Part shown: piece after piece, positions 40,212-52,745 of the stretch
Position numbering within the stretch: position 1 is the first letter of the stretch
Layout of the letters: each line of letters begins with the position of its first letter
DNA from: Octopus sinensis
Lineage: Eukaryota
Direction: 5' to 3'
Assembly: GCF_006345805.1 (NCBI RefSeq)
Contig: NC_043004.1
Coordinates: 66,960,001 to 67,024,000 of the forward strand
DNA: 64,000 nucleotides
Program-made: the position numbers and the translations under genes
The notes under the pieces: generated by a model
Told to the model about the DNA's origin: nothing
The model's database searches: none
Seen by the model: only the letters and a program-made list of their open reading frames with translations

Positions 40212-40898
40212 CCATGTGTATGTGTAAGCATGTATGATTTGGCTATGTTTGCATCTAGAGGTGTATATTGTTATTAAATTTTCTCTTATTTCTCTCATGA
40301 AATCTTATTTTCACTTACTTGTACGCACCATCTTTCCATGTCACAGTTTTTTGTATTTGTGTCCATTCACACATTTCTATTACAGCATTCACATTATTAT
40401 TGTCGTACCCATTCTAGTTTTTACTTAATACTTACAGTGTTCAACCCTCCTAATATCCACGTTCCCTTCACACACACTAAAATGTTACACTCGCACACAC
40501 ACCTTTGATGACTAAAAACACATATGCATACAATGTACTTCAAACACCCATTAAATTCGCCATTACATTTCTGTGCCTGCACTATTCTGCGCTCATCCAC
40601 TCATGACAAGGTCATGAAATGCACACACAACATTGCTAGACGATACTTATACCAAAACACATAGACACTGCTATGCATGCGCGTATGCAACCGTTCACTC
40701 CTCTCTTTATACAATAATATCTGTGCAAAAGTGTTTGTAATTATATGTAGATAAAACGACCAAAATTAGTGAAGAGATCTGCTGTTGGTTGTTCAGACAT
40801 CTACTTAACATAAAAATGCAAAAATCCATCCTATAATATTTCTGAAGTGCCGATTCCATGGTAGGTCAATGAAATATAAATGAGTAACAAAGCTCTGC

Positions 40899-41185
40899 AG
40901 GTGTCAATTCATTACGGCCGTTTCAAACGACACCTTTAATTGATTAATAAAAACATTACATCATTTCAAGGAATACGTTTTCGTTAGATGTGTGCATAGA
41001 CTTCATACACAAAGGACTAAACAACTGCTTCAAAATATACGAATATGTTAACTCAGTTGGTTTGTCCTTTATGTTTCAAGTTTATCCAATCATCTGACCA
41101 TAACTGTTTCTTTGCAATGATGTAATGTTTTCATTATTCAAATAAAGTAACCGGTTGAAACGGCCGTAATGAATTTCGACATGTA
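40899..41185. mobile_element. MITE with about 65-bp terminal inverted repeats
   Basis: gtcaattcattacggccgtttcaa..aaaacattacatcatt at 40903-40965 is the inverted match of aatgatgtaatgtttt..ttgaaacggccgtaatgaatttcgac at 41115-41180; non-coding interior. Confidence 0.7.
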
Positions 41186-41299
41186 CATCTTTGTCCCTCA
41201 TTTATATATATATATATATATATATCTACATATGTATATGCATATATATATATATATGTGTGGGTATGTATAAACATACATATATATGTATATATATAT

Positions 41300-41575
<276 letters not shown>

Positions 41576-41696
41576 GATATGCATGGTCTGCTGCTGATCT
41601 TATGCGTACTCCTGCCTCGGAGGGGATCTTTCTAGTTGAATTTCTAAGGTTATTCATTACTGAAGGGGTTACTTACTCCTTATGTATATATATATC

Positions 41697-41745
<49 letters not shown>

Positions 41746-42163
41746 ATTTTTTCCAACACAACTCGTCAGCTTCAAGAATGCTTTAGGCAACATTCCTGCC
41801 GCATTTTAGTTATTTCTGACCTATTTTAATTCAGCAAAGAAATAAGATGATCCAGTCTATTAAGAAAATCGGTCACGAAGGCAATGCTGTTCAATTATTA
41901 TGAATTCAAAACATAAATAAAAAGCAGAAAACAGGTTGACCAAATGTGGATTCTAAGAAAAATATAATATATATTATTCACTAACGAAGGTATTCTGCTT
42001 CAGAACAATCATTTTACTTAACAGAATAAATATTTAACATAACTCTAATGCGATTCAGATAAATTAAGAAAAGCAATAAAGATGAAAATTTTATTAAAAA
42101 TTTAAATCTAAAAATATTTAATAATAATGATTAAAAATATTTAAATACAGCAGTTAAAAGTGC

Positions 42164-42164
<1 letters not shown>

Positions 42165-42228
<64 letters not shown>

Positions 42229-42285
42229 TAATAATAGCAACAACAACAACAACACCAACACCGCCACCACCACCACCAAATTGAT
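42165..42285. repeat. Compound (AAT)n(CAA)n(CAC)n microsatellite
   Basis: Direct. Confidence 0.9.
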
Positions 42286-42291
42286 ATTCAC

Positions 42292-42495
42292 AAATTGGTT
42301 AAGCAGTGTGCGGACAAAATGCTTAACGGCTTTTCGCCCATCTCCACGACATAAGTTCAAATTCCGCCGAGGTTGACTTTGCCTTATACTATTTCAGGAT
42401 CGATAAAATAAGTACCTGTTGAGCACAAGAATAGATGTGATTGACTTACCCCTTACCCCGAAATGGCGGGCCATGTGCCAGGATTTGAAATAAAT
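42292..42495 (+). mobile_element. SINE family C (alternative tail), decayed
   Basis: caaaatgcttaacgg..aagttcaaattccgccgaggttgactttgcc..gatcgataaaataagtacc. Confidence 0.6.
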
Positions 42496-43139
42496 ATTTA
42501 GAAACCGTTTAGCTAGATGTTTCACCGATACTAACCTTAACAAAACAGTTTTTGCAAAGATGAAACTGTCTTTATATATAATATTAAATGGGGTCATTAG
42601 GGGTGAAGAGATTTAAAGAATCTAAAAGATGGATTTGGAATGAATACCTCGCACTCACATATCCTCTTAATATTGTATCACCACTTATGATGTAAGTATT
42701 GATGCGAATACACACGTGTCTCCCTGTGTGTAGGTGTGTGCATGCGCACGTGCAATCGACTGTGCACACAGGTGGTTGCACTAATGTGCATCTCTCTATC
42801 TATCCACATCAGTGACATAAATCTCGTATTTCGAGCAAACTTTAAAATTAATTAAACTCCTAATATGAATCACTTTTGTCTGTCATAAGCTTTTTATATC
42901 TCGCGTCTTTTTCCCTCTGTTCCCCCTCTCTCTCTCCGCGTATATATCGCCCTCTCTCTCTCTCCGCATCTCTCGCCCTTTCTCTATCACCCTCTCTCCA
43001 TACGTATTTGCAAACAAAGTACGTATACATACATGCACAAATACACACGCACATATGTATACGTGCATAATTACATTTACATACACATACACAACGATGC
43101 GTAAATATTCAGATACATAGATAGACAGACAGATAGATA

Positions 43140-44896
43140 TGTTTCTTTATTAGCCACACAGAGCTGCACACAGACAGGACAAATTACAAGGTAGAGTTTT
43201 CTTTTGGGGATAAAAAAAGGGGTTTGGTTTTCGATCAAAAGGGATCGTAAAAGGAAAGAAAGAGCAACAAAAAAGGGGGGATAAAAGATAAAAAGAAAAG
43301 GAAAAAAACGATCAATAGGGATCGTTATCACAGAAATGTCAATATGAAGTGTAAAGGGGAGGACAGGTGAGGTTTACCCGTGGAAAGAAAAGCCTACGGA
43401 AAAGACTACGGTAACCTCTATCAATGAAGTCACATGTTATATTTTTTTACAAATAAGCTACTCTCTGTATTAATTTTTACGGTTCATAGGATCATAGTCA
43501 AGGTGGCTTCGTCATTCATACGTGCCACCCTTGCTACATTCACCCATCTTTTTTTAAAACATTCACTAGACAAAATTTGCCTCTCTACTCTCACTTTCCT
43601 CTTCAAGTGATACTTGAAGTTGATGAGAGATTGACTAGAGAGGAAAGTGTTTGTCTCTAATCCTTTCAGGCGCATCCACCAGATACATTCTTTCGCTATA
43701 GCCACAAGTATGATAAAAATAGCTCTTCCTTCCCGTTTGAAGGAAGGAGGCGTGACGATATTAACGATAGACTCAGCTGATAAACCGACACGTCCCACAC
43801 GTAACAGCAGTTGTTCGACATAAGTCCACAGGTGGGAAATTGCTGGACACTGCACGATTGCGTGCAGAGCGGTTTCGTCGCTCTGCCCGCATCTCGGGCA
43901 GGTCGGCCCCGTGTTTCTCGAGCGATGCCTATAGAGCTTATCCCGAACGGGTAGCGCTTCTCGGTAGCACTGCCAGGCCAGGGATCTCTGGAAGTTGTCC
44001 ATAGGTCCCGGCCCGAAAGTCGTTTCAAACAGGCGGGTCAGGTATACCTCGTCGACGCCCAGGTTTGCCCCAAGATCGTCGTCGTACCTTCCCTCCACTA
44101 ATCCCCTATAGAATGCTTTGGTTGTGTTGAAGTCACTCCACGTCGACCTGGGACGGCAGAGTTGCTTGAGAGCAACGCGACACTCGCGGTGCCATTCGCT
44201 CTTCCTCGGCCTCTTTTTGATCCACGACTGCAGTTCGGTCATGGAGACGAGCTGCGGGAAAGCGTGCCTCACAAACGGCGACCACACCTGTTCACCGTCG
44301 TCTACATAGAGCCGGAGATGTCGCAGTCTCAGCGCGTGTCTGCGCATCATCAGCCACGGCACGCCCAGCCCTACTTGTAACGGGTGTTGACAGCAAATGG
44401 ATCGCCTGACCATCGGGACGCATCCTTTCCAGCGGAAGAGAATGCGTTCTAGTTTGGTGATGGTAGGGTTGGGACAAGGTACGACGGTCAAGCGGTAGTA
44501 GATGATGGACGCGATGTACGTGTTCGCCACCTCCACCCGACCATTTAGGGACAGTTTCCTCTCGGCCCATTGCCGGGCGAGAGTGACCACCCTACTCGTT
44601 TTCTCGTTCCAGTTCTTCTCCATTTGGAGGTCCAGACCGAACCAGACCACGAGCAACTCAACCGGGCCGTCCGTTCAGCGTCCCACGACGGTGGTACTGG
44701 TGGACGGCATCGGCTTGCTTCTCCAGGTGCCGAGCCGCAAGCCCACTGACTTTTCCCGTTTAATTTTCGCTCCTGTCACCGCTTCGTAGTCTTTCAGTGT
44801 CTCGCCGACCAGCTCGGTGTGCTCGTGGCTTGACACTATGACGGTGACGTCGTCCGCGTATGCAGACAGGCTCATCCCGCATCCCAATTCTTGCGG
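43140..44896 (-). mobile_element. 5'-truncated Tx1/L1-clade LINE
   Basis: RT YADD motif, zf-RVT, about 340-nt 3' UTR ending ctaataaagaaac; flanked by GATA/GACA repeats. Confidence 0.9.
43484..44887 (-). pseudogene. Tx1/L1 ORF2 C-terminal half (RT plus zf-RVT)
   Basis: ORFs 44675-44887 (SAYADDVTVIV..GAKIKREKS) and 43484-44656 (..LAWQCYREALPVRDKL..CPRCGQSDETALHAIVQC) are in the same frame, separated only by one TGA (GR*TDGPV, probably TGG). Confidence 0.85.
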
Positions 44897-44903
44897 GATA
44901 GAC

Positions 44904-45001
<98 letters not shown>

Positions 45002-45044
45002 TTAGATTGATTGATATATAAATGAATAAATGGTTAGATAGATT

Positions 45045-45060
<16 letters not shown>
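44897..45060. repeat. (GATA)n microsatellite at the Tx1 5' junction
   Basis: Direct. Confidence 0.95.
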
Positions 45061-45075
<15 letters not shown>

Positions 45076-45139
45076 GTACTGACAGAGAGAGAGATGGAAA
45101 GGGCAGGAATAGAAACAGCGACAGCAGTGACAGTAGCAG

Positions 45140-45154
45140 CAATAGTAGTAGTAC

Positions 45155-45208
<54 letters not shown>

Positions 45209-45215
45209 CAGCAGC
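45140..45215. repeat. (GTA)n(GCA)n microsatellite
   Basis: Direct. Confidence 0.9.
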
Positions 45216-45629
45216 AGCTGAAGTAAATTGTAAATTCATAGTAGCGTTTATTTGGTCTTACCTAAATCGGGTATCGATTATATTATTGGCTAAACGATAG
45301 TATAGCAGATAAGTAGTAAATACACAAAAACCAAAAAATATTAGATATTTGAATGATAATGCTTTTTTAGAATTTGCTGAATACATTTCAAAATGCTAGG
45401 AAGGATCTAATATATACGCAGCATTCGAGCAACGCCTAAGGCTGTATATAGATATACATAGATATCTGTGTTCGTATAGGTACAGATTGATACATTCATA
45501 CATACATACATACTTATATACGTAAATGCTTGTGTGTGTGTGTGTGTTTGTGTGTGTGTGTTTGTGGGCGTGCATGCGTATATGCATAGATAATAGAGAC
45601 AGAATAAACAACGTAACTGAAACAAACTG

Positions 45630-45713
<84 letters not shown>

Positions 45714-45725
45714 TATACACACACA

Positions 45726-45767
<42 letters not shown>

Positions 45768-46334
45768 CATATATATTATATATATATAGATATATATATA
45801 GATATATATACATATATATATATATATACATATATATATAATATATATATATATTATATATATATATATATGTATGTATGTATGTGCATGTGTGCGTATG
45901 TGTGTGTGTGAGTTATATACGCGAACAGCACTAATTGTGTTCATTGAAAACGATGAAAAAGTGTTATTAATATGTGAATAGATATATTTCTATAGATGAA
46001 TGTAAATAATGTAAAAGTTTATTATGGGTATTTTTGATTGGATTCAAAATTGCTAGTTAAAACTACAGAGACTAATATAAGAAGACAGACGGAGAGAAAC
46101 AGAGACGGGAATATTGAGGGAGTGATTGAGGTAGAAATTAAGTAATTGATGTGTCGTGAAAGAGACAGCTAGCAATTAATATTTCTTCAGTTCGTGAAAA
46201 CGATATTTATATTTACGATTACGAACTACAGAAATTTATGAGGGAAACTTTAAATATGTGCTTTAATATAAATACACAGCTACAAAAATATATACATACA
46301 CATATGTGTATGCTTATATATATATGAATATATA

Positions 46335-46406
<72 letters not shown>

Positions 46407-46416
46407 ATATATATAT

Positions 46417-46465
<49 letters not shown>

Positions 46466-46500
46466 TATATATATACATATATGTATATATATATTATATA

Positions 46501-46542
<42 letters not shown>

Positions 46543-46657
46543 GATGTCTGTGCGTATGTTATTTGCCCATATATGTGTACACAAGGACATAAATAAATAT
46601 ATACATGCTTATTTATATGTGTATAGATAAAGGTATATATACTTGCACACACACACA

Positions 46658-46699
<42 letters not shown>

Positions 46700-46708
46700 A
46701 TATGTATG

Positions 46709-46774
<66 letters not shown>

Positions 46775-46780
46775 ATATCT
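45630..46780. repeat. Cluster of long interrupted (TA)n tracts
   Basis: Direct. Similar tracts at 9400-9560, 16840-16940, 34556-34820, 41200-41420, 50490-50750, 62250-62580 and 63360-63460. Confidence 0.9.
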
Positions 46781-47602
46781 TAAAACTATAAATGCGTTCA
46801 TACGTACATATCGGCATTGAGCGTTGCATACATAAAGGCATCCATATATAAATGCATACGAGCGTATATAAGTATTTTGTGCGTGTTTGAAGATCAATTA
46901 GTTTGGTTTTTAATATTTCAATACTTCTCTTTCACTAGATTGGCAAATCGTGTGTGTTTATTAATTTTATGAAAAATAGTTTTATCATAATTCGTTACTG
47001 AATTTTATTGATTTTGGTTTTTTATTTATCTATCCAAATTTTCATTTGGGAGACTTCAATTAGTTTCGATGGCATGGAGCGTAGTATACAAAAGTTACAT
47101 AACATAGAAATAATCGCGTTTTATTAAGGAGTGTATTTCGCCTTTGAGGAATTATATAGAAAGTATTCATTACATATCATACACTGATTCGATAAACTCA
47201 TTTCATAAATAACACAAAGTATATAATAGATTATAGCGTGCTCTAAATACGTTATTTCACTACTGAACAATTTTGAAACAATGTAGATATGTAAGTATTT
47301 GAAAAGGTATACGTATGTATGCTTGTAGATTTCTATGAATTTTGTCTATGAATATGGCTTTAGGTGTATATACGTACATAATACACATATACGTCTGTGT
47401 GTACACACACACACACACACACACTCAGACTCTCACACACATATATATATACAATATATATTTATATATATGTATATATACATATACATACACACATATG
47501 TATATGTATAGATATATATATATATGTATGTGTGTGTATGTGTGTGTGTATGTGTGTGCATGTGTTTGTATATAAATATATATATATATGTATGTATATG
47601 TG

Positions 47603-47634
<32 letters not shown>

Positions 47635-48447
47635 AAGAGAGAGAGAGAAAGAGAGAGAGGGATGGATGGATAGATAGATTGATTGGTAGACAAATAAAGA
47701 GATAGATATACATGTTCATATACACATGTGAGTAGATGTTTGTGAGTTTGTGTATGTATGCATGTCTCAGAGAGAGAGATAATCCATAATAGTCTAAATT
47801 TTTCACAGCTGTTTTACATATTTCATTTAACACGATTCGTGTATGTCTAGATTCTCTATGGCTTCTTAGATCACAAATAAAGTGGAGCAACGTGTGATAA
47901 TGTTTCCGATTGATCCCCTAAATCAATTATCAATATCAAGGTAAATTACCTGCAAATGAAATCGTAACCTTTTGAAATAGAAGTATACGTTAGATAATTT
48001 TATCCAAGGTATGTACCAAATAAAAGGAAGACGCGTTTGGAAATCTGTTTGTCAATAGAGATGGATCGGACGCTATCCAGGAAAGGAGATATCAACGTGA
48101 CAAGTAATTAAATATAAAGAAACATTGAAACAAATATACCAGCTATAAAATATAATAATAACCCCGACTAGCAGCAGGGAAAACGTAACAAACAATTTGG
48201 TTTCGCAAATTGAAGTTAGATTTTCGTTTCATCTTGTGCTAAGTCACGTAATTCTTCCATCTATCTCGTAGTCCTTGAAACAGAACTTTGGCATTGTCTT
48301 CTTTCTTTCTCTGATCAATCCCTTCGAAAATAGATAGGTTTTCAACTTTTCGATATGCGTCTTACACTTGGTTTTCAATATAACCATAATTATTGGAAGC
48401 TTTTAACATGGCATATTGTATAAGGTTTTTAATGTATCTCTAGACCA

Positions 48448-48535
<88 letters not shown>

Positions 48536-49001
48536 AGAAAGAGAGAATGAGAGAGAGAGAGCGAGAGAGAGACAGACAGACAGAGAGGGAGAGAGACAGA
48601 GACAGACAGCCAAAGACAGAGTGAGTGAATGAGGGGGAAAAATTTAATAGCATGAAATACACTTATAATTATGGGCACAGAGTCTTCTATGCCTATATAC
48701 TGAAGATGGACGATAAATTCGTCTAACCACTTCGAGGCATCACTTTATATTCTACACATACTGAAAGCGAGGAAGAAGACTGACAGAAATTCATAAAATA
48801 ATTCAAACACTTTTGGATGGACGAATTTGTGGATTATTTTAATAACTTTTCCTTCATCAGCAAAATATACTGGGCGAAATAAATTAAATATTGATGCATA
48901 CCCACTTTTAAACTATTATAAATATCTATGCATGAATTTACCTAATTTGGTCAATTTTATATATTGGCCACTCATACAATGATCTTATCCTTAATTATAT
49001 T

Positions 49002-49035
<34 letters not shown>

Positions 49036-50483
49036 AAGTTGAAAGTGCAGTGGGAGTCGCTTTGGTTTTTATATTTGTAAATGTATATTTTTATTTGTAT
49101 ATATATATATTCATGTATGACTCTGCAAGTGTGAAGGTGTCTGTTGTTTGTACTGATACATTATAGAATCTCATTTTAACGATCATATTAAACCTCATAA
49201 TTTTGTACTCTTATGCATTTCTTCTCCAAGGAACCAAACAAATCCATTTGTATATCATTTGATTGTCGTAAGAATGAATATTATATCACTTTCTGTCTAT
49301 TATCATTTATCATTCATGAAAGAAATTGTTGTGTTCAGCTGCTGAACTTTCCCTCCCTGTTTATCTTCATGCGAACGTAACTATTGTTATTAGGAGCAGT
49401 ACCGAAGTTATAATACAAATAGATTACCATAAATCTGATTCCTGAAATGTATCTAATTTAAATAATATTGCTTTCAAAATTATTTTTATTGGGTTTGATG
49501 TAAAGCGGACTCTATGTACAAAATGCATACCAAGGAGATGTCGAATTTAGGTTATGATTTCCAAGGCATTTTTCATCATCATAAATATAGTGCTGAAATA
49601 TTGAAGTATTGATAACATTATATTTATTCGAAGGCTTTAAGATATTGTACGAGTCCACCTACTTCCATATACTTACATCAGATCGGATATTGCTGAAATC
49701 AAACAATTATTCTTCGATATGGGTTAGCAAATTATCTCGGAGGTCATTCTAAGATGAAAGCGAGCATCTTTAGACATTTCCAACTTTGACGACGGTCTCT
49801 AGTAAAAATTGAACGAGCTTTATGCTATTTGGAACATGAATGTAATAAATCGGTCTAAAATGATGATCGAGTTAAAATTGTGTTCTTAATATGAAAGAGC
49901 GGATGGGGTTCAGAATGTGTTTAATACACTTTAATGTAGTAATAGCGAAGACTGTGATAGTAATGGAATTATTGGTTATGGAAGGGGGCATTTGTAATAT
50001 TATATTAGTAGTATATGTTGTTGTTAGTTTCGGTAATATGGTGAGGTAGGCTTCTGTGTGACGGTTACGACGGAACTAATGTTAAGATTACTTAGCATGC
50101 AAATGGTACCTAGATGCTGACATCCATAAAGTGATTTCGAAATATAATGCTAGGCAAATTCACTTTACATCTTATAATATACATTAATCCAATAGCTACT
50201 TATAACTTGAGAATACGGTTTCGAGTGCAACAGTAATGGATAATATAAATGAATAACCATTCTACTGCAGAAGGAAAGGTCAAGACGGCTATTTGTAGAG
50301 CCAGAATGCAATAATAACTGTAATCTAGTCGAAGACAGATTTTATGTCCATGTGATAGAGACTGCTATTAACGCTATTTCTTAAAGTATAGACGAAGATA
50401 TAGGGAAACTGTTGAAATAAACATTCAAGAAATGTAGACCGAGAACTTTCTGGCGGAAACAGCAATTACTCTATTGTGTAACA

Positions 50484-50525
<42 letters not shown>

Positions 50526-50610
50526 ATATACACACACATACACGCACATATATATATATATATATATGAATATGCATACTTATATCTATGATATATACAT
50601 GTGTGCATGC

Positions 50611-50678
<68 letters not shown>

Positions 50679-50700
50679 GTATGTGTATATACATGTGTAC

Positions 50701-50739
<39 letters not shown>

Positions 50740-51447
50740 TGTGTGTGTATATTATGTGCATCTGAGTGTGCATATATATTATGTCTGTATAAATAGAAAA
50801 TGCCTGTGCGTTTGTGCCCCAATGTGTATGTTGATAAAATCATAGAAAGAGAAAAAGGAGATTACGATGTAAGGTGCAGACAAACAGATGAATCATATAT
50901 ATACATTCTTTGGTGACAAGAGCATGTTAAGTACATAAAAAAGTTTAACAAGTTCACACACACACAAAGACACACACACTCACACCATTCTGACCTCCAT
51001 ACAGACACAGATATACACACACATATACACACGCAGCACCATGCCAGATGCCAATCACACACATATCATACATACAGACACACACACACACACACAGGCA
51101 CACACACAACTTCAAGACAACCACACACGCGGTTGACAAACGGGCACACATATACACACACCATCCTACCAGATTTTAAAAACACACAGACACATCTATT
51201 CACACCACATATGTATATACACACACACTCAAACCATCCTGACCTCTAAATCAATCCCCCAAATCATTGATGCTTGAAGGAGAGACAAAAAGGAGAAATT
51301 CTTTTCAGTTCCACATTACTCCTCCTTCACCCCACCCAAACACACCTACAGTGTCCCTTGAAATAGATAATATTATTTTATGTTAACATGGTGGACAGGT
51401 CAGTTTTAGCTTCCCTACTATTATAATGTAAACCTTTTTGAACTCAT

Positions 51448-51860
51448 AATATTCTGTGCATGTATACCAATATTCCACTGAAATTTTTAATAATTCCTTC
51501 TGGAAATTATCTTGAGAATGTTTAATATATTTGTTGTAATCTTTTGTGCCCAATATTTTAATGAACTTGTTAAACATTTTTATGTTCTTAACATGCTCTT
51601 GTCTCCAAAGAATGTATATATATGTATTGTAGTACACTGTGTCAACAAATATTCTGTGCGCGTTTGAATATACAGATACAATACCAATATCCCACTGAAC
51701 TTTTTAATAATTCCTTCTGGAATCTATCGTTAACATGTTCTTGAGAATGATTATTTATGCTGTAATCTTCTGTGCCCAATATTTTAAGGAACTTGTGAAA
51801 CTTTTTTATGTCCTTAACATGTCCTTGTTACCAAAGACTGTATATATGTAATGTAGCATT
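51448..51860. repeat. About 200-bp tandem duplication
   Basis: aatattctgtgc..ataccaatattccactgaa..taataattccttctggaa..tgtgcccaatatttta..cttaacatg occurs at 51448 and 51648. Confidence 0.75.
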
Positions 51861-51879
51861 TTGTAACAACCAATAATTA

Positions 51880-52450
51880 ACGCAACCAAACATGTTACTT
51901 TTGACAATATTTTTCCAAAGAGTGAAACCGGTAAAGTAAGTAAATATCTTTTAAAATTGCATTTCCAAACCTTCTTTCGTAAACAATTCCACTCGTGCGG
52001 TACCCCACAACTCCACTTTGTTATATATAAACATCACATGAGTCCCGAAAATTCCACCTAAGTCACAACAAGCAGAAATTTAATGAACCAAAATATCCTA
52101 AGAGAATTACAAGAAATCTCCTCGAAACTTTCAACCCTAATCAACAAAGTCCAACAATCGCACTTATACCTAAATGGACTCCTGGAGGCTAAAACAGTCA
52201 ATCAAACCCCTGACATCATCCCAACACTACAAAATCTAATTAAATCTATAGAGACAACAATACTCCCAAAGCAGGAACAAACTAAAGACTGCCTCTCAGT
52301 TTAAAACACTCTTAACAACACCTGGATTAAAAACCTCAAAGCACGCAAATTTGCTTTCTGGAACATCATAAAAAATAATAACAAAGCAGACATTTATGAA
52401 AAGTCGCTCAACTCCACCCCTATCATTCTACCCAGAAAACTGCAAATAAT
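51880..52450 (+). mobile_element. Probable retroelement coding relic (family unresolved)
   Basis: A/C-rich stretch encoding MNQNILRELQEISS..(52083-52304) and TWIKNLKARKFAFWNIIKNNNKADIYEKSLNSTPIILPRKLQI; no catalytic motif visible. Confidence 0.3.
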
Positions 52451-52552
52451 CTTTTGCCAAACCGCTAAGTTACAGGGACGTAAACACACCAGCATCGGTT
52501 GTCAAGCGATGTTGCGGGGACAAACACAGACACACAAACGTATACACACACG

Positions 52553-52590
<38 letters not shown>

Positions 52591-52745
52591 TATTTATATA
52601 TATGCGACGGACTTCTTTCAGTTTCCGTCTACCAAATCCACTCACAAGGCTTTGGTCAGCCAGAGGCTATACTAAAATACATTTGCCCAAGGTATCACGC
52701 AGTGGGACTGAACTCGGAACCATGTGGATCGTAAGGAATCTACTT
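52451..52745 (-). mobile_element. SINE family B, body and B-box half of a split copy
   Basis: Reverse complement of the SINE-B body up to ..ccatgtggatcgtaaggaatctactt, where it is interrupted. Confidence 0.9.

Noticed and set aside
43484-44656. 390-aa ORF as a host gene
   Set aside because: It is the RT C-terminus/zf-RVT of a 5'-truncated Tx1 LINE; it has no true start and an upstream in-frame stop.
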